Shown here piece after piece: positions 41,001-48,721 of a stretch of 64,000 nucleotides of DNA (position 1 is the first letter of the stretch; the number at the start of each line of letters is the position of its first letter). The position numbers were made by a program, and so were the translations under genes. The stretch spans positions 32,001 to 96,000 of the forward strand of contig CAVYBU010000003.1 in assembly GCA_963766735.1 (NCBI GenBank). The letters run 5' to 3'. The notes beneath the pieces were generated by a model that saw nothing but the letters and a program-made list of their open reading frames with translations, made no database searches and was not told the origin of the DNA. This DNA is from an uncultured Chloroflexia bacterium (lineage in GTDB: Bacteria > Chloroflexota > Limnocylindria > Limnocylindrales > CSP1-4).

Positions 41001-43396
41001 GTCACCGCTCCCGTCCCGCCGTCGAAGACGGTCACGGTGTCACCGGGCAGCATCGCCGCGAGGTGCTGGCCGTCGCCGAAGGACGCCAGCCGGCGGATCG
41101 GGCCGTCCGCCGTGGCCACGGGATCAACGGTCGCCGGCGGCTGCGATGCTTCATAGGAACCCGGGGCATCAAGGGCCGTCGCGTCCACCGCGAACAGCTC
41201 GCCGCCATCCGTGCCGGTGTAGACCTGGAGGCCGGTTTCGTCAAAGGCGACGGCGGATGCGCCGGGCACGGACCAGCGGGCGACGAGCTTGCGCGTGGCC
41301 AGGTCGAAGGCCACGAGCTCGGATCCGGTGGCGATCCAGACCCGGTCTCCGGCCCGGTCCGCCTCGCCAAAAGGGTCCTCGCGACGAGGCTCGATGACCG
41401 CATCCCGCACGGGGACCCCGAGGTTGCTGGCGGAGCTGGCGTCGTGGCCGGCGAAGGTGACGATACCGCCGGCCATCGCGTACTTCGCGAGGTGGGGGTG
41501 GGTCCACTCGTAGATGTTGTGCGAGATCCCGTATCGCCAGGCCTGGAGGAACTCCGTGGACGTGCGGGCGTGGTAGACCTCGTCGAAGTGCATGCGCGCA
41601 GGCTCGTCCAGCCGGAAGGTCCGCAGCCCGAGGGAGGCGACCACGAGCACCACCAGGATCCAGATGTCCAGGCGACCAAGGCGACCGCCGCCCTCGCGGG
41701 CCAGATCCCCGGAACGGTCGGGGCGAATGGGCGTCTCGCGCATCCGGGCACGGATCCAGCCGATCGGGCCCAGCTCACCCCAGCCTGGACGGTCGTACCA
41801 GGCAGGCACGCGGCGCACGACAGGCGAGGACGCATCGGCTGTCGGGGGAGGTGCCCCCGAGACCGCGAGCGATGCCGGCGCGGCGGCTGCGACGGCGGCG
41901 GGTGCCGGCGGCTGCGACCCCGGGGGCTCCGTGCCAGGTGCCTGCGCCTCGAGCTCGTCCGGGGTCGGTCGCGCTCGCTCGAGCCGCCCGTCCGCAAGCT
42001 CCAGGGCGAGGGTGCCGCGCGCCCGTGAACGCAGCTGCATGACGCCCCACGCGAAGGCGGCTGCGTGCATCACCGCCACCAGCGCCACCCCTGGGAACGA
42101 GCGGATCGCCGGTCCGATGCCCAGCCAGTCCGACACGCTCGGGTTGTCCGGGTAGATCGTGGTGAGGACCACGTACATGTTGAGGAACGTCGCCAGCCCG
42201 GCCACCACGTACGCGATCCGCCATCGCCACGAGAACGCGAACAGGATCGCGGCGAGCCCGAAGAACGGGAACAGGTATCGCTCATGGACCCGCGTGGGCA
42301 CCGCGAAGAACGCCAGGGCGAGGACGCAGACGCCCACCAGGATGGTCAGCCGGTCCGGACGCCTCGCCACCACGAGCGATACGATCGCCGCCAGGCCCAG
42401 CAGGAGGACCGCACCAACCATGGCCGCCGGGACTGGCCCGAGCGCCGCCCAGGCAGTCGCATCCGGCACCGGCGCGTCATGGATCCAGAGGCCACTCGTG
42501 GCCAGGCTCGCGCCGTCCAGCGGGAACAGCGCCCACAGGTTGTAGGCGTTGACCGACACATACGAGTACTGGGCCGCGGTGCTGAACACCAGGCGCAGCA
42601 GGGACGACTCGAGGTAGGGGGCCGTCGCCGTGAAGGACACGACCGAGAGACCGAACGGTGCCGCCACCGCGATGGCGGTCACCAGGCCGGCGAACCCGGT
42701 GGTCAGGATCCGGACGGGGCCCAGGGTGCGCCGCTCCCAGGCGAGACCTCCTGGGCGTGGCGGGTCCTCGTCGCCCCAGCCTCCGGCCGGCCATAGCGCC
42801 CGGCGGATCGTGACCACAGCCACGATCGGGACCAGAATCGCCAGCTGCGGCTTGATGAGGGCCGCGACAACGGCCAGGATCGCCGATCGCTCGCTCCTGC
42901 CGCGCCACAGCTCCCGGACGGCGAGCAGCAGGAACACCGTGCCGAAGCTGTCCACCTGCCCCCAGACAACCGAATCGAACCATGTGATCGGGTTGAAGAT
43001 GACCACGGCGCCGGCGATGGTCGCCCGTCGCTCGGTCACGCCCAGCTCGCGGACCATCGAGTACACGATGTAGCCGAGCGCGATGTCCGCGAGGATCGCC
43101 GGGAGCTTGATCAGGTCCCCGATCCCGCCGATCAGGTGGCCCACGACGCCGACGACCCACAGCGCGTACAGGTAGCCCGGGGTGTAGTCCGCGAACGAGG
43201 CATTCTCGTAGAAGCCGGGGGGGCCGTATGTCGCGAGCGTGTCGGCCCAGTACCTGAACAGGTCCAGATCGTTCCCGAACCCGGAGCCCCGGAGCGGTTC
43301 GTAGGCGTATGCCATGATGAGGCGGAAGACCAGCCCGATCAGCATGATCGTGGCGATCTGCCTGCCGATACCTCGCCGGGGGGTCTCGTCCGTCAT
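38039..43396 (-). CDS. Giant (~1,785 aa) double GT-C protein: N-terminal GT-C module plus PMT-like module with a large extracytoplasmic insertion
   Basis: Module 1: DYTPGY, WGQVDS, IKPQ, HERYLFP. Module 2: FDEVYH, HPHLAK, FAWR, QSRIAM, SKW, H..SSPWWAWP, GN..IWW, F.YHY. Confidence 0.85.
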   Translation of the reverse strand: MTDETPRRGIGRQIATIMLIGLVFRLIMAYAYEPLRGSGFGNDLDLFRYWADTLATYGPPGFYENASFADYTPGYLYALWVVGVVGHLIGGIGDLIKLPAILADIALGYIVYSMVRELGVTERRATIAGAVVIFNPITWFDSVVWGQVDSFGTVFLLLAVRELWRGRSERSAILAVVAALIKPQLAILVPIVAVVTIRRALWPAGGWGDEDPPRPGGLAWERRTLGPVRILTTGFAGLVTAIAVAAPFGLSVVSFTATAPYLESSLLRLVFSTAAQYSYVSVNAYNLWALFPLDGASLATSGLWIHDAPVPDATAWAALGPVPAAMVGAVLLLGLAAIVSLVVARRPDRLTILVGVCVLALAFFAVPTRVHERYLFPFFGLAAILFAFSWRWRIAYVVAGLATFLNMYVVLTTIYPDNPSVSDWLGIGPAIRSFPGVALVAVMHAAAFAWGVMQLRSRARGTLALELADGRLERARPTPDELEAQAPGTEPPGSQPPAPAAVAAAAPASLAVSGAPPPTADASSPVVRRVPAWYDRPGWGELGPIGWIRARMRETPIRPDRSGDLAREGGGRLGRLDIWILVVLVVASLGLRTFRLDEPARMHFDEVYHARTSTEFLQAWRYGISHNIYEWTHPHLAKYAMAGGIVTFAGHDASSASNLGVPVRDAVIEPRREDPFGEADRAGDRVWIATGSELVAFDLATRKLVARWSVPGASAVAFDETGLQVYTGTDGGELFAVDATALDAPGSYEASQPPATVDPVATADGPIRRLASFGDGQHLAAMLPGDTVTVFDGGTGAVTGSLVVAGVADMAPMGDGDAVVATPIDVTDPAAVADELATITGTDAARFVGALSEVDAETVVLDITLTDQLRTDLQAAIDDGRVPGVQVAGTPLIAAAASAGVELVTVGGTRAGSIPLEGGATSSVLVTGVDEGNQLYVTTTDVGTGDPQVAVVAVSGDQAKDGPTVTTTFQLPGAGTRLVFDAAAELVEVLGTAPDGSGQTIYVVEPHGKAVFADHRLAFSSAAWVLDHNGDYPATSRGAILAFGSGGEAASVDVGSYPFAWRLPGVIFGALTVGVLFLLGRILFRRRTVGVLVGLFVLLDGMFFVQSRIAMNDVFTGFFILAAYLVFAWLWIRQRSWRAFVLLMPVVGVLLGLALSSKWVAAYAIGALGILVLIRSALGRLLLIVAMIALTCVLGWMGLAVPEGSTASGNLVFALVMIGLTLSTVVVTVYHPISWSDDEVRLAIGGPPVLGILVAFTAIALGMADAEIVAGPFVVTPLAVGFALVAVGLVAYGAFQLAARFGFGPTAPTSDRGDVRSRVPKASPPAEGWPRLGAGLGLPVVWMVVCLLAIPLGVYVASYLPWAFIEGHQIVAGWPAGNDGQTLVALTGEMYRYHNNLTAAHAASSPWWAWPLNLKPVWFYQGSFAGDTAGAIYDAGNMVIWWMSIPAMVFVAYQAFRRRSLALALILIAFLAQWVSWARIDRAAFQYHYYTSLPFAVAALAYFVAEVWHGASRRTWQLARVAAAVALMGPVILWVLRLPLCALAGVESVNAGSQACNGNPGNLVVTPSAAALVTGILVIVIVLVRLLLVLGRPAADGRTTEPRNFVSLGVAAAVGVAALVLAWLLPATDPLLSIPGLIPEVIALVVAIPLGLVALQVVTARDGRRFVAGLLAAAAVWFVILYPNISALPLPAAMVNAYQGLLPTYIYAFQFSVNTVDRAGAISFADPKLALLVVFLTIACCVVAYSAWVWRQSLADGPEDGPANGLQDGDASGDAGSPAGGSGTA

Positions 43397-43487
43397 CGTC
43401 TCCCGGCCGGGCATACCCGAACCAGAGCGGTCACGGGGAGCCTCCTACGCAGCGTTGAAGGTGGACCGGAGTATAGCCGAGGGCCCG

Positions 43488-44954
43488 GTGTCGGCCCCCC
43501 TCCCCGCCCCCGCGAACAGCCGCGCCGCGACGATCATCGTCGGGGCGCTGCTCGCGTCGGTCGCACTCCTCGTCTACTGGTGGTCCAACCCCGTCCACTC
43601 GAACCAGTACACCCACTTCGTATGGCAGGCGGACGCGTTCCTCAACGGCCGTGCGTGGTTCCCCTACCCGGTCCCGTCCGGCGCGGCGTTGCCCCAGAAC
43701 GACTACTTCCAGGACGTCTACCCGCTGCGTGACGCGGCGGGTAACCCGGACGGCCGGGCTCTGCTCCCGTTCCCGCCCCTGCCCGCGGTCGTCCTGGCGC
43801 CGTTCGTGTTCATGTTCGGGCTGGCGACGGATCAGGAGACGCTCGCGATCGGCCTCGCCGCCCTGGGCGTGGCGCTCGCGTGGTGGATGCTCGGCAGCCT
43901 GGGCCTGCGGTCCTCCGTCCGCGCCGCCGGGACGATCATCTTCGCCACCGGCACGGCCTGGTGGTGGGCAGCCGCCGCGGGCAGCACGTGGTACCTGGCG
44001 CACCTTGTCGCAGTCGACCTGGCGCTGGTTGCCGTGGGCATCGCACTCCGGAACGATCCCGGGGCCGTCACGGAGCACCCCTGGGACGAGGACGAACGGG
44101 AGGCGGGGCGCCTGGAGGCGGAGGGCCGCGCCGGGACGATCATCGACCGCATCCGCGGGTCCCTCTGGCCGCTGGATCGCTCACAGGTCCTGGCCGGCTT
44201 CGTGCTGGGCCTCGCCGTGACTGCACGCCTGCCGCTGATCTTCGCGGCGCCCTTCTTCGTGTTCACGGGCGGTGGCGGCTCCCGGCTCCGGCGCACGGTG
44301 TCGGCGGCCGTCGGCGGGTTCCCTCCGGTGGCCGCGCTGCTGCTGTTCACGTTCCTCACGACCGGCTCACCGATGCACCCCGGCTACGAGTACCAATACC
44401 AGCTGGAGGCGAACGGCTACACCACGTTCGGCTACCACCCGGACTGGTCTGTGGAGGACACGCGCTACATCCCCCAGAACCTCGGGATCATGTTCGGCTC
44501 GCTGCCGGCCGTCGCACCGGTGATCAAGCCGGACACCCTTGGCTACGACAGCCCCGTGCGGCTGTGCACGGAGCCTGGGGCCGTCCGGTCCCTGTTCGAT
44601 GCCGACTGTCCGCTGCTGATCCCGGTGGATATCGGGACGAGCATCCTGCTCAGCGCCCCTGGCCTCCTGCTGGCGCTGTTCGCGTTCCGCCGACATGCCC
44701 GTGCGCGCCTCTCGATCGGCACCGCGCTTGCGGTCGTGCTCATCGCCACGTTCAACCTGGCCCACTTCAGCCAGGGCTGGGTGCAGTGGGGCTACCGCTT
44801 CTCGCTGGACTTCGTCCCGTTCCTCCTGCCGATGGTGGCGCTGGGCGCGGCCCGCGACGACGGGCGCCTCCGGGTCGTGGCGGCCGTGCTCATCGCGGCC
44901 GGGGCGGCGATCAACCTGTGGGGCGTCGCCTGGGGCCAGATCCTTGGGTGGTAG
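43488..44954 (+). CDS. Multi-pass membrane protein, probable GT-C glycosyltransferase
   Basis: QADAFLNGR, PFPPLPA, WYLAH, WGYRFSLD; many TM segments; start position uncertain. Confidence 0.7.
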   Translation: MSAPLPAPANSRAATIIVGALLASVALLVYWWSNPVHSNQYTHFVWQADAFLNGRAWFPYPVPSGAALPQNDYFQDVYPLRDAAGNPDGRALLPFPPLPAVVLAPFVFMFGLATDQETLAIGLAALGVALAWWMLGSLGLRSSVRAAGTIIFATGTAWWWAAAAGSTWYLAHLVAVDLALVAVGIALRNDPGAVTEHPWDEDEREAGRLEAEGRAGTIIDRIRGSLWPLDRSQVLAGFVLGLAVTARLPLIFAAPFFVFTGGGGSRLRRTVSAAVGGFPPVAALLLFTFLTTGSPMHPGYEYQYQLEANGYTTFGYHPDWSVEDTRYIPQNLGIMFGSLPAVAPVIKPDTLGYDSPVRLCTEPGAVRSLFDADCPLLIPVDIGTSILLSAPGLLLALFAFRRHARARLSIGTALAVVLIATFNLAHFSQGWVQWGYRFSLDFVPFLLPMVALGAARDDGRLRVVAAVLIAAGAAINLWGVAWGQILGW

Positions 44955-44961
44955 TGGCCGC

Positions 44962-46566
44962 GTGGCGTCGGCCGTGATCCGGCGTCGGCCCGACGCGGCC
45001 GTCCTCGCCGCCCTGGTCACGGGCATGACGGCGATCGCCGTCTACCGGACCACCCTCCTGCCTGGGCTCGGTGCCTGGGACACCGGTGAGGCCCAGGTGG
45101 TGCTGCCCGTGATGGGCACCCTGCACCCGACCGGTTCCCCCGCCTACGTCCTTCTGGGCTGGTTCGCCTCGGTCGTCCTCGGGCCGCTCGGGTCGCCGGC
45201 ATTCGTCATCAACCTCCTCTCGGCGATCCTCGCCGGCGTCGCGGTCGGCATGAGCGTCCTGGTGATGCGCCGCCTCGCCGTGCCGCTCCCGATCGCGGTC
45301 GCGGTCGCGGTCGGTTTCGCGCTCACGCCCATCGTCTGGAGGATCGGCTCCGCTGCCGATGCCCACGCCCTGCACCTGGCGTTGGTCGTCGCCGTCACGC
45401 TGTCGCTTCTCCGGTGGGGCGCCCTCGTGGCAGAGCGCCGCAGCCGTCCCGACGACCCGGCCGCGCGGGCCCGCGCGGATCGCGCCATCGTGCTCACGGC
45501 CGTCGTCTTTGGCGTCGCTGTTGCCAACCACGCCCTGTCGCTGCTGCTGGTGCCCGCCGTGGGCCTGTACGTGCTGGCGGTGGAGCCGGGGATCCTGCAC
45601 AGGCCGCGGCTGGTGCTGGCCGCATTGGGTTCCTTCGCCGGCACGACCGCCCTGCTGTACCTGGAGATGCCGCTCCGCGGCGGACCGTTCCGCGCCCCGC
45701 TCGTCTACGGTCATCCCGAGACGTGGGACGGCTTCTGGGGGATCGTCCTGGCCCGCCAGTTCCTGGGCGACGTGGTCGAGCCGCGGCCGGACCTCGGGGG
45801 AGAGGTGGCCCGCCTTGTCGGGCAGGCGGGCCCGCTGCTTGGCCCGCTGCTCATCCTGGTCGCTGCAGGGCTCGTGGTGACCGCCGTCCGCCAGCCGCGT
45901 TACGCCCTCTTCTCCGTGACGGCCACCCTGGTCACGTGCGTGTTCGCGGCCTTCTACGCCAACGCCGCCATCGAGCGCTACTACCTGGGGCCGGCGTTCT
46001 TCGCCTGGACGTGGGTGGCGGTGCTGGCCGCGGCGGTGGCGGCCCGGCTGGCCGCGCTGCGCGGGCCGGACGGGGAGCCGGGGGAGGATGACGTAGCCGG
46101 GCCCCTGTTCAGGCATGCCCCGAGAGTCTCCGCGTCAGCGGCCGTTGCGACGATGATCGGTCTTGTGCTGCTGGTGCCCACGCTCCTCGACCTCGATGCC
46201 CGGTGGGGCGCCGCGGACCGCTCGCGGGAGGTCTGGGCGGCCGACTGGCTCGACCAGGTGTTCGACTCGGTGGCGCCCGGTGCCGTGATCGTGTCATGGT
46301 GGTCGTACTCCACGCCCCTGTGGTATGGCCAGCTCGTGGAGGGCCGGCGGCGCGACATCCTCGTCGTGGACGATCGGACGCGCGAGGACGAGGAGATGGG
46401 CGAGGTGGAAGACGTCATCGACAGGTTCCTGGGAGCGCGACCCGTGTACGTCATCCGCGCGCAAGGATCGAGCGTCAAGCTTCTCGCAGAGCAATACGCG
46501 ATCGAGGCCGTCGATCGTCCGGACAACCTCTTCCGTGTGACGAACCGCCTGGAGGCCCAGCCGTGA
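44962..46566 (+). CDS. DUF2723/TMEM260-like GT-C glycosyltransferase
   Basis: WDTGE.Q..GTLHPTG.P.Y.LLG signature, NLLSA, ANH, ERYY. Confidence 0.8.
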   Translation: MASAVIRRRPDAAVLAALVTGMTAIAVYRTTLLPGLGAWDTGEAQVVLPVMGTLHPTGSPAYVLLGWFASVVLGPLGSPAFVINLLSAILAGVAVGMSVLVMRRLAVPLPIAVAVAVGFALTPIVWRIGSAADAHALHLALVVAVTLSLLRWGALVAERRSRPDDPAARARADRAIVLTAVVFGVAVANHALSLLLVPAVGLYVLAVEPGILHRPRLVLAALGSFAGTTALLYLEMPLRGGPFRAPLVYGHPETWDGFWGIVLARQFLGDVVEPRPDLGGEVARLVGQAGPLLGPLLILVAAGLVVTAVRQPRYALFSVTATLVTCVFAAFYANAAIERYYLGPAFFAWTWVAVLAAAVAARLAALRGPDGEPGEDDVAGPLFRHAPRVSASAAVATMIGLVLLVPTLLDLDARWGAADRSREVWAADWLDQVFDSVAPGAVIVSWWSYSTPLWYGQLVEGRRRDILVVDDRTREDEEMGEVEDVIDRFLGARPVYVIRAQGSSVKLLAEQYAIEAVDRPDNLFRVTNRLEAQP

Positions 46567-47348
46567 CCGTACCCGACGCCGGGGCGGGGACGCCCGTCAG
46601 GGTGGCCCGCCTGTCGTACTTCTTCCCGGCCCACAACGAGGAGGCCAACCTCGAGGGGCTCGTCGAGGAGGCGCTGGACGCCCTGCCCTCGATCGCCGAG
46701 ACCTTCGAGATCATCGCCGTGAACGACGGCTCCAGGGACCGGACCCGGGAGATCGCAGACCGCCTGGCGGCCGCGCACCCGGGCGTCGTGCGTGCCATTC
46801 ACCACGATGTCAACCGCGGGTACGGCGGCGCGCTCCGATCCGGCTTCGAGGCTTCGCAGTACGAGCTCCTGGCCTTCACGGACGGGGACCGCCAGTTCCG
46901 GGTCGCGGATCTCGGCCTCCTCACGGCACGCCTCGCGCAGGAAGACCGCCCCGACGTCGTGGTCGGGTACCGGATCAGGCGCGCGGATCCCATCATCCGG
47001 ATCGTCTACGCCCGAAGCTACAAGCTGGCGAACCGCATCTTCTTCGGTCTCCGCGTCCGGGACGTCGACTGCGCCTGCAAGCTGTTCCGGCGCGAGGCCC
47101 TCGACGGCGTCCGCGTGGAGTCGGGCGGCGCGTTCTTCTCCGCGGAGCTCCTGATCAAGATCCTCAAGGCAGGCCGCTCCATCGCCGAGGTGGGCGTGCC
47201 CCATTACGCGCGCACGGCCGGCTCCCCCACCGGAGCGAAGCCGTCGGTCATCTGGCGGGCCGTGAAGGACTTCTGGGGCCTGCGCCTGCGGTTGTGGGCG
47301 AATCGAGCGCGGGCAATGCGACGGGGACGGCCGATCCTGGGTGACTGA
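46563..47348 (+). CDS. GT2 glycosyltransferase, polyprenol-phosphate sugar synthase-like
   Basis: FFPAHNEE, VNDGSRD, NRGYGGAL, FTDGDRQF, DVDCACKLFRR. Confidence 0.88.
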   Translation: MTVPDAGAGTPVRVARLSYFFPAHNEEANLEGLVEEALDALPSIAETFEIIAVNDGSRDRTREIADRLAAAHPGVVRAIHHDVNRGYGGALRSGFEASQYELLAFTDGDRQFRVADLGLLTARLAQEDRPDVVVGYRIRRADPIIRIVYARSYKLANRIFFGLRVRDVDCACKLFRREALDGVRVESGGAFFSAELLIKILKAGRSIAEVGVPHYARTAGSPTGAKPSVIWRAVKDFWGLRLRLWANRARAMRRGRPILGD

Positions 47349-47364
47349 TCGGCGGCCGGCAGCG

Positions 47365-47985
47365 TCAGCGCTGCGAGCCGCCGCCCCGGGCATCGCCCTC
47401 CGGATCCAGCGAGTTCACGAACTCGCGGAAGATGTCCAGCCGCGTCATGTCGATGTGCTCGCCGGTCGTCTCGAGCGCCGCGGCAGCTGAGCGGCTCCGG
47501 CGCGTCCCGGATCCCGCCGGCGCGCCGGCCTCCTCGTCTTCCTCGTCTTCCTCGTCGTCCGCTCCGTCCGGGAGGGCCGCGGCCCTGTCCAGCACGTCGC
47601 CCGTGGCGAAGATCGGCGCGTCAAGGCGGATCGCAAGGGCGATCGCATCCGACGGTCGTGCGTCCACCTCGTGACGGGCATCGGCGGTCACCAGGAGCAG
47701 CGTGGCGTGGAAGGTCTCCTCGGACAGGCTGACGATCATGACCCGGTCGAGGCGCACGCCCGTCTCGCGCAGGACGCCGGCGAACAGGTCGTGGGTCAGG
47801 GGGCGTTCCGGCTCCACGCCCTGGAGATGCGCCGCGATCGCGCTGGCCTCCCAGGGGCCGATCCAGATGGGAAGGATCCGGCCGAGGCCGATCTCCTTGA
47901 GCAGCAGGACGTGGCGCCCTGTCGGCATGTGCACGCGCACGCTCTCGACGATCATGGCGATGTCCTGCTCTCGGTCCTCTGCCAT
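47365..47985 (-). CDS. Bifunctional nuclease family protein (DUF151)
   Basis: LPIWIGPWEA, RPLTHDL, DARPSDAIALA. Confidence 0.9.
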   Translation of the reverse strand: MAEDREQDIAMIVESVRVHMPTGRHVLLLKEIGLGRILPIWIGPWEASAIAAHLQGVEPERPLTHDLFAGVLRETGVRLDRVMIVSLSEETFHATLLLVTADARHEVDARPSDAIALAIRLDAPIFATGDVLDRAAALPDGADDEEDEEDEEAGAPAGSGTRRSRSAAAALETTGEHIDMTRLDIFREFVNSLDPEGDARGGGSQR

Positions 47986-47992
47986 GGGGGGA

Positions 47993-48691
47993 TTATCCCA
48001 CGCGGGCGCCACGCAGCCGGAACGGCAGGGCCAGCAGCGCGCCGGCGACGAAGCCGCCGATGTGGGCGAAGAACGCCACGCCGCCGTCCACGCCCGTTGT
48101 CGCCCCCAGCGCGCCGATCCCGTCCACCACCTGGAGCAGGAACCAGAAGCCGAGGACGATCACTGCCGGCACCGCGACCAGCTGGTAGAAGAAGCCCAGG
48201 AAGACGAGTGACTGGATCCGCGCCCGCGGGAACAGCACGAGGTAGGCGCCGAGCACCGCGGAGATGGCCCCCGACGCGCCGATCATCGGGACCTCGGACG
48301 CGGGGTCCACCAGGACCTGTGCGATGGCGGCGACCACCCCGCCCGCGAGGTACACGAGCAGGAACCTGGCGTGGCCCATCCGGCCTTCCACGTTGATCCC
48401 GAAGATCCAGAGGAAGAGCAGGTTCCCCAACAGGTGCAGCCACCCGGCGTGGAGGAACATGCCGGTGAACACGTCCAGCACGGGCTCGGACAGGATGTCG
48501 CCGCTGCCGAGCACGGCCACGAGATCCGCCGGCACAGAGCCGTGCTCCCGGAAGAGCTCCTCCAGGGCGGCGGCACCGCCCTGCGCCATCACCACCAGCT
48601 CCAGCCCGAACGCGGCGACGCAGATCACGACGATCGCCAGCGTGACGACGGGCGCGCGACGGGTGGGGTTGGCGTCCCGGAGGGGGATCAC
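47993..48691 (-). CDS. Rhomboid intramembrane serine protease
   Basis: MFLHAGWLHLLGN, GASGAIS, AHIGGF. Confidence 0.93.
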   Translation of the reverse strand: MIPLRDANPTRRAPVVTLAIVVICVAAFGLELVVMAQGGAAALEELFREHGSVPADLVAVLGSGDILSEPVLDVFTGMFLHAGWLHLLGNLLFLWIFGINVEGRMGHARFLLVYLAGGVVAAIAQVLVDPASEVPMIGASGAISAVLGAYLVLFPRARIQSLVFLGFFYQLVAVPAVIVLGFWFLLQVVDGIGALGATTGVDGGVAFFAHIGGFVAGALLALPFRLRGARVG

Positions 48692-48721
48692 CGGAGCGGC
48701 ATCAGCGGCGGACGCCCCGGA

